A stretch of 64,000 nt of DNA. Source: Thermoanaerobaculia bacterium (GTDB taxonomy: Bacteria > Acidobacteriota > Thermoanaerobaculia > Multivoradales > Multivoraceae). Positions 18,032 to 27,916 of the stretch are shown one piece after another. Location: NCBI GenBank assembly GCA_963666565.1, contig OY762911.1, positions 1,472,001 through 1,536,000 of the forward strand, given 5' to 3'. The notes beneath the pieces were generated by a model. That model was not told where the DNA came from, ran no database searches, and saw nothing but the letters and a program-made list of their open reading frames with translations. Within the stretch, counting starts at the first letter, position 1, and each line of letters opens with the position of its first letter. The position numbers and the translations under genes were made by a program.

Positions 18032-21000
18032 ATGAACGGCCGGCGGATCTTCGCCGCGGTGACCGTCGGTCACCTCGGCATCGACATCTTCAACAGCATG
18101 GGGCCCGTGCTGCTGGCCTTCCTGCAGGCGCCGCTCGGTCTGAGCGCCGCGCAGATCGGCCTCGCGGTGGGCCTCTTCCAGGTCCTGGCCGGCACGACCC
18201 AGCCGGCGTTCGGCTGGCTGGTCGACCGGATCGGCAGCCGCTTCCTGGGTCCGCTCAGCGTCGCCGTCAACCTCGGCTGCGTGGCGCTCGCGGTCGCGGC
18301 CGCCGGCGCGACGGGCAGCTTCGTCCTGTTCCTCGTTCCGTTCGCGCTCGCCGCGGTCGCGTCGGGCGCCTTCCATCCGCTGGGCGTGATGCACTCCAGC
18401 ACGGTCAACCTGGCGCGCTCGGCCACGTTCACCGCCATCTTCTTCTTCTGCGGCCAGGTGGGGCTGACGACCGGGCCGGTCCTGGCCGGCCTCGCGCTGG
18501 ACCGCGCGGGGCTTGCCGGGATCTACTGGCTGGTGCTGATCGTCGCGCCGGTGCCGCTGTTCATGGCCTTCGCGATGGGGCCGCGGCGGGTCCATTCCGC
18601 GCCCGCCACGGCTCACCCGGGTGAGAGTCGGGCCGACGACGGCGTCGGCGACGCGGCGTCCGGCGGCCGGCTTCCCCTGCGGGTCGGCGCCGTCGCTCTG
18701 CTCGCGCTGGTCTTCGCCAGCCGGTCCTGGGCCGTGTTCGGGACGATCGCGTTTCTGCCCCTGCTGCTGAGCGGGTACGGCTACAGCTCCCTGGCCCAGG
18801 GGGTCGCCAGCGCGATGTTCCTGCTGGGCGGCGCCGTCACCGCGGTCTTCGCCGGCGCCTGGGCCGATCGCTGGGGCCGGCGCCCGGTCGTCTTTCTGAC
18901 CACGCTGCTCGGTTCGCTGCTGCTGGCCGTGTTGCCGGGCGCCGGCGGCTGGCTGTTCGCCGTCGTCCTGCCCTGCGGCGCGCTGCTGGGCGCCTCGCAC
19001 TCCATCCTGATCGTCACGGCCCAGTCGTTGCTGCCGTGGCGCCGGGGCCTGACCTCGGGGACGGCGCTCGGTTTCCTGTTCGCGACCGGCGGGATCGCCA
19101 CCTGGGCCATCGGCGAACTGGCCGACCGCTACGAACTGGCGACCGTGCTGCAGGCGGGGGCGATCGTCGGCTTGGTGTCCGCGGTCTCCTCCCTCCTCCT
19201 GCCGAGGCGGGGCCGGGCCCCGCTGGCGGCCGCGCCGGCGGTTTCGACGGCGCTCGTCGTCGCGGTCGCCGGCCTCACGCTGTTCGGCGCCCGTCCGGCG
19301 GCCGCCGGCCTGAACGGCGAGATCAACGGCCAGGTGCGCGACGCCGCGACCGACGTGCCGCTGGCGGGCGCGGAGATCAGGATCACGGGCGACCAGTTGC
19401 ACAGCACCCAGATCGTCCGCGCCGGCCGCGGCGGCAGCTACCGGGCGCCGGGCCTGCCTCCCGGCGACTACTACGTCGAGGCGAGCGTGGACGGCTACGC
19501 GACCTCCGTCGTCGAGAACCTGATCCTGGTCGCCGGCGGCGTGCTGCGGGTCGACTTCCGGATGAGGGCCGGCAGCGCCTCGGCGCTCGATCTCGTCACG
19601 TCGCCGCTGCTCGACGTGGTCACCGGCAGCGACGGCAACGTCCTCGCCGGCGACGACCTGCGCGAACTCCCTGGCGCCGCGGCGGCGTTCAACCTCGACC
19701 TGGCCTCCGGCCTCGACGGGCTGGACGGAGACGTGGCGGTCAACGGCTGGTCGCCCGGCTTCGCCACCTACCGGATCGACGGTCAGGAGAGCGCGGTCCG
19801 CGAACCGGACGCCGCTGGCATCGATCCTCGCTGGGTGGACCAGGTACGGGTCTGGACGATGGAACTGGCGGCCGCGATGGCCGGTCCGCACATCGACCTG
19901 ATCACGCGCTCGGGGGGGACCGAGTGGCGGGCCAACGGCGGCTGGTCGACGGTCGAGCCGCTCGACACAGGCAAGCGGCTGGCCCTGCGCCTGCTCGACG
20001 CCGGAGAGTCGCCGGCCGGCGGCAGGGACCGGAGACGCATCGAGGGCGACGAAGCGACCGTCTTCGCCGGCGGGCCGCTGCGGGACAAGCGGGCGCGCGC
20101 GTTCGGCGGCCATTCGAGAAGCCGCGCGCGCGGCACGGAGAACCTCTTCGGCGCGGGCGCGCCGCTGACCTGGGACGAGACGGTCGAACAGTCCGTCGGT
20201 AAGCTCGACTGGTGGGCCGGCTCGGCCAGCAACCTGACCCTCAAGCACCACAGCGCGGCCGGCGAGCTGGACGGCCGGCGACCGGCGCCGTTCGTTCTCC
20301 CGTCCGCGGACGGGAACGAGAGCGCCCGGTCGCGCCGGCAGACGACCAGCCTGAACGTGGAGTGGGGAATCACCGACCGGCTCTGGCTGCGCGTCTTCGG
20401 CGGGCGCTCCGACTTCACCGGGACGGGCGAACCGTGGCAGGACGCGGGGGCGTACTTCGCGGCGCCCGCGCCCGGCCGGGCGGCGGGCTGGTACGAGGCG
20501 GGTCCGGCGGGCCGGGTTCGGCGGGCGGTGGAGCGGCGGAACTGGGCGGTGGAACCGTCGTTCTTCTTCTTCGACCACACGCTGGAGGTCGGCGTGCAGA
20601 GCACGAAGGGCCGCCTGGATTTCGCCCGATCCGGACGCTCCGCGCGGATTCTGGAGTTGCCGGGCGGCCCGCTCGACACCTGGAGCGGCGATGGTGTCGG
20701 CGCTTACCGGCTCCGGCAGGAGAAACGCGCCGTCTACGTCCAGGACGCCTGGCGCGTTGGCGGCGCTTTCGAGCGGCGGCTGACGCTGCACGCGGGACTG
20801 CGCGCGGAAGAGGAAGAGGCGGGCCCGCTCGACCTTGAGTTCGAAGACCGCACGGAACCTCGGCTCGCGTTCGTCTGGGACGCCGCGGGCCGCGGCAGGT
20901 GGAAGGTCTACGGCGGCGCGGCGTGGTGGCACGTCGAGGTCTTCCGGCCGGGGGCGGGCCGCGCGGACGTCGACGCGGTCGCGGCCGTGGAAGCGGCCGG

Positions 21001-21988
21001 CGGCTACGGCGGCACGAGCCTCGACTTCGCACGGGCGGCGGTGGACCCTGACCTCCGTCCCGGCCGGGTGCGCGAAGTCCAGTTGGGTACGGTCTACCAG
21101 TTCCTGCCCGACGTCGTCATCTCGGCACGGGTCGCCCGGCGCCGGTTGCGGGACGGCATCCGCCTCCTGCCCGCGTTGGCCGGCGGCGAAGTCGTGCCGA
21201 CTCTGCTGACTCCCGGCCGCGGCGCCGGCCGGGCGCCCTGGGGCGAAGCCGGCGGGGAGCTTCCCCGGCTCGAGCAGAACTGGTGGGGCGCCGAACTGAA
21301 CGCTCATGTCGGCTTCAACCCCTCGTGGAGGATTCGCTTCTCGTACGTCCTGAGCCGGCTGACCGGCAACCACGAGGCCGGCGGACTCGGGCTCGGGCCG
21401 GGCGACCTGCCGGGCGCCCATCCGGCCCTTGCCGCGCTCGACCTGTGCTCCTCGCCCGTGCCCTGCGACGTGTTCGATGTCACGAACGACAGCCGCCGGC
21501 TGAGCCTCGACCGCGAGCACCAGCTCTCCGGCTGGCTCGTCCTCTCACCGGGCGAACGCTGGCAGATGGCCCTGGTCTACCGCTTCCGCACCGGCGCCGC
21601 CTACGTGCCGCGCGCCTTGGCGGTCCGGGTCGACGGGGAGAGCCGCATCCTCGGCGCCGGCCTGACTCCTTTGCCGTCCGGCGCGGACGGGCCGCTCAAG
21701 AGCGCCGATCTCAAGCGCGCCGACCTGTCTCTCACCTACCGCGTCCCGCTTCGCTCGGACGACCGGCGGCTGTCCCTCTTCGCCGAGGCCCTCAACGTCT
21801 TCGACCAGGACGCCGCGAACCAGCTCTGGCCGCTCGCCTGGCTCGACCCGGTCCTCGTCGGCCCGGGCCGTACCGACCTGCTCGCCGCCGCGGCAGCGCA
21901 GGGGGCAAGGCCGGATCCGCGCGAGTCGCTTCCCGCCGCCTTCCAGACCAGCCGCCGCGTACGCGCCGGTCTGCGCCTCCAGTTCTGA
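18032..21988 (+). CDS. Fusion: MFS transporter (Fsr-like, about aa 1-390) + internal signal peptide + carboxypeptidase-regulatory domain + TonB-dependent-receptor-like beta-barrel
   Basis: MFS motifs GWLVDRIGSR and GAWADRWGRR; then PRRGRA-hydrophobic-PAAA; GEINGQVRD...GLPPGDYYVEAS; AVYVQDAWRV...LTLHAGLR; C-terminal VRAGLRLQF. No stop codon between the parts. Confidence 0.8.
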   Translation: MNGRRIFAAVTVGHLGIDIFNSMGPVLLAFLQAPLGLSAAQIGLAVGLFQVLAGTTQPAFGWLVDRIGSRFLGPLSVAVNLGCVALAVAAAGATGSFVLFLVPFALAAVASGAFHPLGVMHSSTVNLARSATFTAIFFFCGQVGLTTGPVLAGLALDRAGLAGIYWLVLIVAPVPLFMAFAMGPRRVHSAPATAHPGESRADDGVGDAASGGRLPLRVGAVALLALVFASRSWAVFGTIAFLPLLLSGYGYSSLAQGVASAMFLLGGAVTAVFAGAWADRWGRRPVVFLTTLLGSLLLAVLPGAGGWLFAVVLPCGALLGASHSILIVTAQSLLPWRRGLTSGTALGFLFATGGIATWAIGELADRYELATVLQAGAIVGLVSAVSSLLLPRRGRAPLAAAPAVSTALVVAVAGLTLFGARPAAAGLNGEINGQVRDAATDVPLAGAEIRITGDQLHSTQIVRAGRGGSYRAPGLPPGDYYVEASVDGYATSVVENLILVAGGVLRVDFRMRAGSASALDLVTSPLLDVVTGSDGNVLAGDDLRELPGAAAAFNLDLASGLDGLDGDVAVNGWSPGFATYRIDGQESAVREPDAAGIDPRWVDQVRVWTMELAAAMAGPHIDLITRSGGTEWRANGGWSTVEPLDTGKRLALRLLDAGESPAGGRDRRRIEGDEATVFAGGPLRDKRARAFGGHSRSRARGTENLFGAGAPLTWDETVEQSVGKLDWWAGSASNLTLKHHSAAGELDGRRPAPFVLPSADGNESARSRRQTTSLNVEWGITDRLWLRVFGGRSDFTGTGEPWQDAGAYFAAPAPGRAAGWYEAGPAGRVRRAVERRNWAVEPSFFFFDHTLEVGVQSTKGRLDFARSGRSARILELPGGPLDTWSGDGVGAYRLRQEKRAVYVQDAWRVGGAFERRLTLHAGLRAEEEEAGPLDLEFEDRTEPRLAFVWDAAGRGRWKVYGGAAWWHVEVFRPGAGRADVDAVAAVEAAGGYGGTSLDFARAAVDPDLRPGRVREVQLGTVYQFLPDVVISARVARRRLRDGIRLLPALAGGEVVPTLLTPGRGAGRAPWGEAGGELPRLEQNWWGAELNAHVGFNPSWRIRFSYVLSRLTGNHEAGGLGLGPGDLPGAHPALAALDLCSSPVPCDVFDVTNDSRRLSLDREHQLSGWLVLSPGERWQMALVYRFRTGAAYVPRALAVRVDGESRILGAGLTPLPSGADGPLKSADLKRADLSLTYRVPLRSDDRRLSLFAEALNVFDQDAANQLWPLAWLDPVLVGPGRTDLLAAAAAQGARPDPRESLPAAFQTSRRVRAGLRLQF

Positions 21989-21993
21989 CCGCC

Positions 21994-22153
21994 GGGTGCG
22001 CGGGTCTTCCGACCGCTGGGTGCGCGGGTCTTCCGACCCGCATCGGGCGAGCCGCGAAGCGGCGGAGCCCGGAGAATCGGGCCGCCGGCCAAAGGCCGGC
22101 GACGCTGCCGGTCGCCGCCTCCGGCGGCAGCGGGTCGGAAGACCCGCGCACCC
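21994..22153. repeat. BIME-like cluster of three REP-like hairpins between convergent genes
   Basis: Direct copies at 21994 and 22018, inverted copy at 22130-22153. Confidence 0.9.
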
Positions 22154-22166
22154 GGTGTGGGGCGGC

Positions 22167-24917
22167 CTACACCAGTTCGCTCAGCCGCCGCAGCGCGGCC
22201 AGCAGGTCCGGCTGTTCCGTCAGCACGCCGCGGAGCGGGTCGGCCTTCAGCTCTTTCAGCCGCTCGGGCACGGTGCGGATGTTGTGGTCGCGCAGGTCGA
22301 GACCGGGCTTGACTTCCGACCAGCGAAGCGGCGTCGACACCGGCGCCGCGGGCAGCGGCCGGACGCTGAAAGGGGCCACGAGCAGCCGGCCTCGGCCGTT
22401 CTGGACGTAGTCGATGTAGACCTTGCCGGCGCGCCGTTCCGGGTTGCGGGTCACGGTGGCGATCTCGGGCAGTTCGCGGCAGACGATCTGGGCGATGAGC
22501 TGCCCCAGGCCGCGCGACTGCTCCCATGTGCAGGCGCCGCCGAGCGGCAGGAGCACGTGCAGGCCGCTCGAGCCGCTGGTCTTGACGAAGCTGGGCAGCT
22601 CGATCTTCCGGCACAGGCGGCGGATGGCGAGGGCGATTTCGATCACGTCCTCGAACGGGGCGTCCTTGGGGTCGAGGTCGAGGATGCACCAGTCGGGCTG
22701 GCCGAGCCGGTGCAGCCGGCTGGACCACACGTGGAGGACGATCGCGGCCAGGTTGGCCACGTAGAGGAGGCTCTCGCGGTTCTGGCAGACGAAGTACTCG
22801 ACGTCCTTGCCGGTCCGCGGGCTGGTCAGCCGGACCGTCTGGAGCCAGTCCGGCGCGAAGTCCGGCGCGTTCTTCTGGAAGAAGGACTTGCCGTCGATCC
22901 CGTCCGGGTAGCGGGTCATCACCAGGGGACGGTCGCTCAGGTAGGGCTGGATCGCCCCGGCGACGGCGGCGTAGAAGTCGATCAGATCGCCCTTTGCGTA
23001 GCCCTCGTCCGGCCAGAAGACCTTGGAGACGTTCGTGATCTCGACCCGGCGCTTGGGCGGCACGGGCGGGGCGGCGCTCTTCGCGCGCGGCCCGGCGCGC
23101 CGGACGCAGTCCCCGATCGGCTTGTCGTCCCGGCGCCGCAGGAAGACCGGATGCCGGAGCAGGCCGTGGGGCGTCCACTCCTTGAAGCGGACCTCGCAGA
23201 CCAGTTCGTCGTCCGGCTCGACCCAGGTCTGGTCGGCGATGCGGCCGCCCATGATGTGCTCGTCGGCGAGCGCGGCGCCGGCCGGCGTCGCGCGGCCGTC
23301 TCCGGCATCGCCGGCGCCGTCTTCGATGTCTCGGTTGCCGCGGTCGCCGCCGTCCGCCGCCACGGGCGCTCCGCACGGAGGGCTGTCGCGCCGTCTGGCC
23401 GTCAGGCGCTCCGTCAGTTGCGCGAGATCCGCGTCGCTGAATCCCGTGCCGACGCGCCCGGCGTAGACGAGCCCGCCTCGCGGTCCGCCGTCGCCGCTGG
23501 CGCCTTCCGCTCCCTCGACGGCCCCGGCCTCGGGGTCCCAGACCGCCAGGTGGAGCGAGCCGAAGCCGACCCGGCTGCCCTTGGGCGGCGACATGCCGAC
23601 GATGGCGAAGTCGGCGGTGCGCTCGGTCCGGAACTTGACCCAGGACGACGAGCGGCGGCCCACGTAGCGCGACGCGCCGTCCTTGGCCATCGCCCCCTCG
23701 AGACCCATGGCGGCGACCTGCTCGAAGAACGCCTCTCCCTGCTCCTCGATGTGGTCGGAGTAGCGAAGCGGACCGGCCGGCGGCAGCACCCTGGCAAGCA
23801 GGGCCTTGCGCTCCAGCAGCGGCAGCGGGCGCAGGTCGCGGCCCTCGAACGACACCAGGTCGAAGGCGAACAGGGTCGCCGGCTGGCGCACGGCGGCCCG
23901 CTCGATGTCGACCTGGCGGCTGAGCAGGCCGCGCTGCTGCAGCCGGGGGAAGCTCGGCCGGCCGCCGCCGTCGAGCACGACGACTTCGCCGTCGAGGACC
24001 AGGGACTGCGCCGGCAGCGCTCGCAGGGCGCGGGTCAGCTCCGGGTAGAGCGCGGTCACGTCGCCGCCGCGCCGGTAGCGCAGGAAGACGTCGCCGCCCT
24101 CCCTGGCGGCGATCAGCCGGTAGCCGTCGTGCTTCAGTTCGTAGATCCAGCCGGCGCGGGAGAAGGGCCGGTCGCCCGCCACCGCCAGCATCGGCGGCAG
24201 CGTCCGCGGGTCGACCCGGCGGCGCGGCGCCGCCGACGCCTCGATCTCCTCCCGCACCTCCTCGATCCGCTCGCAGCCGTCCCGCAGTTCCTCCACGGTC
24301 AGGCCCGAGAGCACGGACTCCTGCGGCAGGCCGTCTCCGGGGCCGGCGTCCCCGTCGCCGCCGGCAGGGTCGGTGTGCATGTCGCTGCCGGCCCGGTTCG
24401 CGCCGTCGTCGCTGCCGGCCGGCCGCGCCGCGGCGTCCGGCTTCTTCATGAGCAGCCACTGACTGCCGTCCTCGGCCTGCCGCCGGCCGCCGGTGCGGAA
24501 CAGCGTCCACACGCCGCGCAGCTTGTAGCCCCGCAGCTCGAACAGGAGCTTGCCGCTCTCCATGCCGGCCACCGGATCCTCGAGCGGGACCCAGCGTCCG
24601 CTGTCCCACACGATCATCGCGCCGGCGCCGTAGTTGCCGGCGGGGATCGAGCCCTCGAAGTCGGCGTACTCCAGCGGGTGGTCCTCGGTGGCCACCGCGA
24701 GCCGCTTGACCTCCGGGTCGAGGCTGGGGCCGCGCGGCACGGCCCAGGACTTGAGCGTGCCCTCGAGTTCCAGGCGCAGGTCGAAGTGGACGCGGCGAGC
24801 GGCGTGCTTCTGGACGACGAAGCGCCCGCCGCCGGCCGCGGCTCGAGAGCCCATCGGCTCGGGCGTCGCGTCGCCCGAACGCTTGCGGCGGTAGACCTCC
24901 AGATCGCCGTGCGGCAT
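22167..24917 (-). CDS. ligD: NHEJ DNA ligase D (phosphoesterase - ligase - polymerase)
   Basis: FVVQKHAARRVHFDLRLE (PE), YELKHDGYR (ligase), RYPDGIDG...FFQK, DLDP, KTSGSSGLHV (POL). Confidence 0.95.
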   Translation of the reverse strand: MPHGDLEVYRRKRSGDATPEPMGSRAAAGGGRFVVQKHAARRVHFDLRLELEGTLKSWAVPRGPSLDPEVKRLAVATEDHPLEYADFEGSIPAGNYGAGAMIVWDSGRWVPLEDPVAGMESGKLLFELRGYKLRGVWTLFRTGGRRQAEDGSQWLLMKKPDAAARPAGSDDGANRAGSDMHTDPAGGDGDAGPGDGLPQESVLSGLTVEELRDGCERIEEVREEIEASAAPRRRVDPRTLPPMLAVAGDRPFSRAGWIYELKHDGYRLIAAREGGDVFLRYRRGGDVTALYPELTRALRALPAQSLVLDGEVVVLDGGGRPSFPRLQQRGLLSRQVDIERAAVRQPATLFAFDLVSFEGRDLRPLPLLERKALLARVLPPAGPLRYSDHIEEQGEAFFEQVAAMGLEGAMAKDGASRYVGRRSSSWVKFRTERTADFAIVGMSPPKGSRVGFGSLHLAVWDPEAGAVEGAEGASGDGGPRGGLVYAGRVGTGFSDADLAQLTERLTARRRDSPPCGAPVAADGGDRGNRDIEDGAGDAGDGRATPAGAALADEHIMGGRIADQTWVEPDDELVCEVRFKEWTPHGLLRHPVFLRRRDDKPIGDCVRRAGPRAKSAAPPVPPKRRVEITNVSKVFWPDEGYAKGDLIDFYAAVAGAIQPYLSDRPLVMTRYPDGIDGKSFFQKNAPDFAPDWLQTVRLTSPRTGKDVEYFVCQNRESLLYVANLAAIVLHVWSSRLHRLGQPDWCILDLDPKDAPFEDVIEIALAIRRLCRKIELPSFVKTSGSSGLHVLLPLGGACTWEQSRGLGQLIAQIVCRELPEIATVTRNPERRAGKVYIDYVQNGRGRLLVAPFSVRPLPAAPVSTPLRWSEVKPGLDLRDHNIRTVPERLKELKADPLRGVLTEQPDLLAALRRLSELV

Positions 24918-24997
24918 CAGGCGTGCATTCTCCCAGAACGTCAAGGGAGCTTCACGGAATCCCGCGGAAGCGGTTTCAATGCTAGGATTTGCGGTCT

Positions 24998-25966
24998 ATG
25001 CCCGCTCGTACCGTTGGCGCCGGCACCGTCTCGTTCGGCCTGGTCTCGATTCCCGTCCGCCTGTACTCCACCTCGGAGACCTCGGGCGCGGTCCGCTTCA
25101 ATATGCTCGACCCGACCGACAACACGCGGGTCAAGCAGCAGTTGATCAACCCGCGCACCGGCGCCGAGGTGAAGCGCAAGGAGACCATCAAGGGCTACGA
25201 GTTCGGCAAGGGCCAGTACGTCACCTTCAGCGACGAGGAGATCAAGGGCCTCCAGGAGAAGGCGTCGCCCGCCATCGAGATCACCGAGTTCGTGCCGCTC
25301 GAGGAAGTCGAGCCGATCTACTTCGAGAAGTCGTACTACCTGGGTCCCGAGAAGGGCGGCGAACGCGCCTACCGGCTGCTCAGCGAGGCGATGCGGAAGA
25401 CCGGCCGTTCGGCTCTGGCCAAGCACGCGGCGCGCGGCAAACAGTACCTCGTCATGCTCCGCCCCTTCGCGTCCGGCCTGCTGATGCAGCAACTGAAGTA
25501 CGAGGACGAGCTGAAGTCGTTCGACGAGGTGCCGCTCGGCGAGGAGACGGAGCTCAAGCCGGGCGAACTGGAGCTTGCCGTGCAGTTGATCGAGCAGATC
25601 GCGTCGGACGAGTTCAAGCCCGGCGAGTACACCGACGAGGTGCGCAAGCGGCTGTGGGACGCGATCCAGAGCAAGATCGACGGCCGCGAACTGGCCGAGG
25701 ACGAGACGGAGGCGCCTCAGGCACAGATCATCGACCTGATGGAGGCGTTGAAGGCGAGCCTGTCGAAGAACGGCGAAGCCGACGCCGGCGAGTCGGCCGC
25801 CGGCGGCGCCAGACCGAAGTCCGGCGCCCGCAAGGCCGGGGCCGCCAAGCCCAATTCCGGAACCCGCAAGCCGGCCAGGAAGGCGACGGCGCCGCGCAAG
25901 GCGACGAAGAAGAAGCCGGTTCGGCGAGCCGCGAGCACGACGGCGAAGCGGGCCGTGGCCGGTTGA
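24998..25966 (+). CDS. ku: NHEJ Ku protein
   Basis: GTVSFGLVSIPVRLY, IKGYEF, YFEKSYYLGP, IIDLMEALKASL, Lys-rich tail; divergent from ligD. Confidence 0.95.
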   Translation: MPARTVGAGTVSFGLVSIPVRLYSTSETSGAVRFNMLDPTDNTRVKQQLINPRTGAEVKRKETIKGYEFGKGQYVTFSDEEIKGLQEKASPAIEITEFVPLEEVEPIYFEKSYYLGPEKGGERAYRLLSEAMRKTGRSALAKHAARGKQYLVMLRPFASGLLMQQLKYEDELKSFDEVPLGEETELKPGELELAVQLIEQIASDEFKPGEYTDEVRKRLWDAIQSKIDGRELAEDETEAPQAQIIDLMEALKASLSKNGEADAGESAAGGARPKSGARKAGAAKPNSGTRKPARKATAPRKATKKKPVRRAASTTAKRAVAG

Positions 25967-26126
25967 CGTGAGCGACCCTTCGTGAAGGCGGGAGGCGAGG
26001 GCCGCGGCGCGACTGCCGCCCTGCCCGTTCAACAGACTGGATCCGCGCACGCGCTCCGGCGGAAACGGCTAAGGTAGCCGTTCGCCCCGGCACCCGCCCC
26101 TAGACGGCAGCACAGGAGGCATCGAG

Positions 26127-26654
26127 ATCGCACGCCCAACAAACGAGCCGCGCATCAACCACCGGATTCGGAAGAGCCCGGTACGGCTCATCGATCAGGA
26201 CGGCGCCCAGGTCGGCGTCGTTCCCCTTGAAGACGCGAAGCGACGCGCTCAGGACGCCCGACTCGATCTCGTCGAGGTCGGTCCGAACGCGGACCCGCCC
26301 GTGGTCCGCGTCATGGACTGGGGCAAGGTCAAGTTCGAGCGCGAGAAGAAGAAGCGGGAGTCGCGGAAGAAGGCGGCCACGATCGACCTGAAGGAGGTCA
26401 AGTACCGCCCGACGATCGACCCGCACGACTACCAGATCAAGACCGACCGGGCGCTTCGCTTCCTGCGGGAGGGCAAGAAGGTCAAGGTGACGATCTTCTT
26501 CCGTTACCGGCAACTCCGCCGGCCCGAACTCGGCGTCGCCATCCTGGACAAGGTGAGCGCGGCGATCGAGGGCGTGGGCGAGGTGGAGACGCGGTCCGGC
26601 CTGGAGGGCCGTCAGATGACGATGGTCCTGAACCCGGTCGCGCAGGAGGACTGA
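26127..26654 (+). CDS. infC: Translation initiation factor IF-3, ATC start
   Basis: RINHRIR...VRLID...LDLVEV...PPVVRVMDWGK, KEVKYRPTIDPHD, KVKVTIFFR; AGGAGG at 26114-26119, 7 nt before an in-frame ATC. Confidence 0.93.
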   Translation: MARPTNEPRINHRIRKSPVRLIDQDGAQVGVVPLEDAKRRAQDARLDLVEVGPNADPPVVRVMDWGKVKFEREKKKRESRKKAATIDLKEVKYRPTIDPHDYQIKTDRALRFLREGKKVKVTIFFRYRQLRRPELGVAILDKVSAAIEGVGEVETRSGLEGRQMTMVLNPVAQED

Positions 26655-26697
26655 AGGCAGGCCGGGGCGTTCCGAACGGCTCCAGGAGCCGGCGCCG

Positions 26698-27846
<1,149 letters not shown>

Positions 27847-27916
27847 CTAGCATCCTCCCGGAGCGCGGCCGCTCGCTGGCGGGCGGCCCGCCCCGACCGG
27901 GAGAGGCGCCGAGCAA

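Noticed and set aside
17708-21520. Very long antisense or alternate-frame ORFs (also 46732-50394, 50186-53230, 54424-57240)
   Set aside because: Arg/Pro/Ala-rich shadow frames of real genes, expected at this GC content; no motifs except where they include a real gene end.
21994-22041. Tandem 24-nt repeats (also 10893-10941) as a CRISPR array
   Set aside because: No unique spacers, only two units, dispersed copies elsewhere, and no cas genes.
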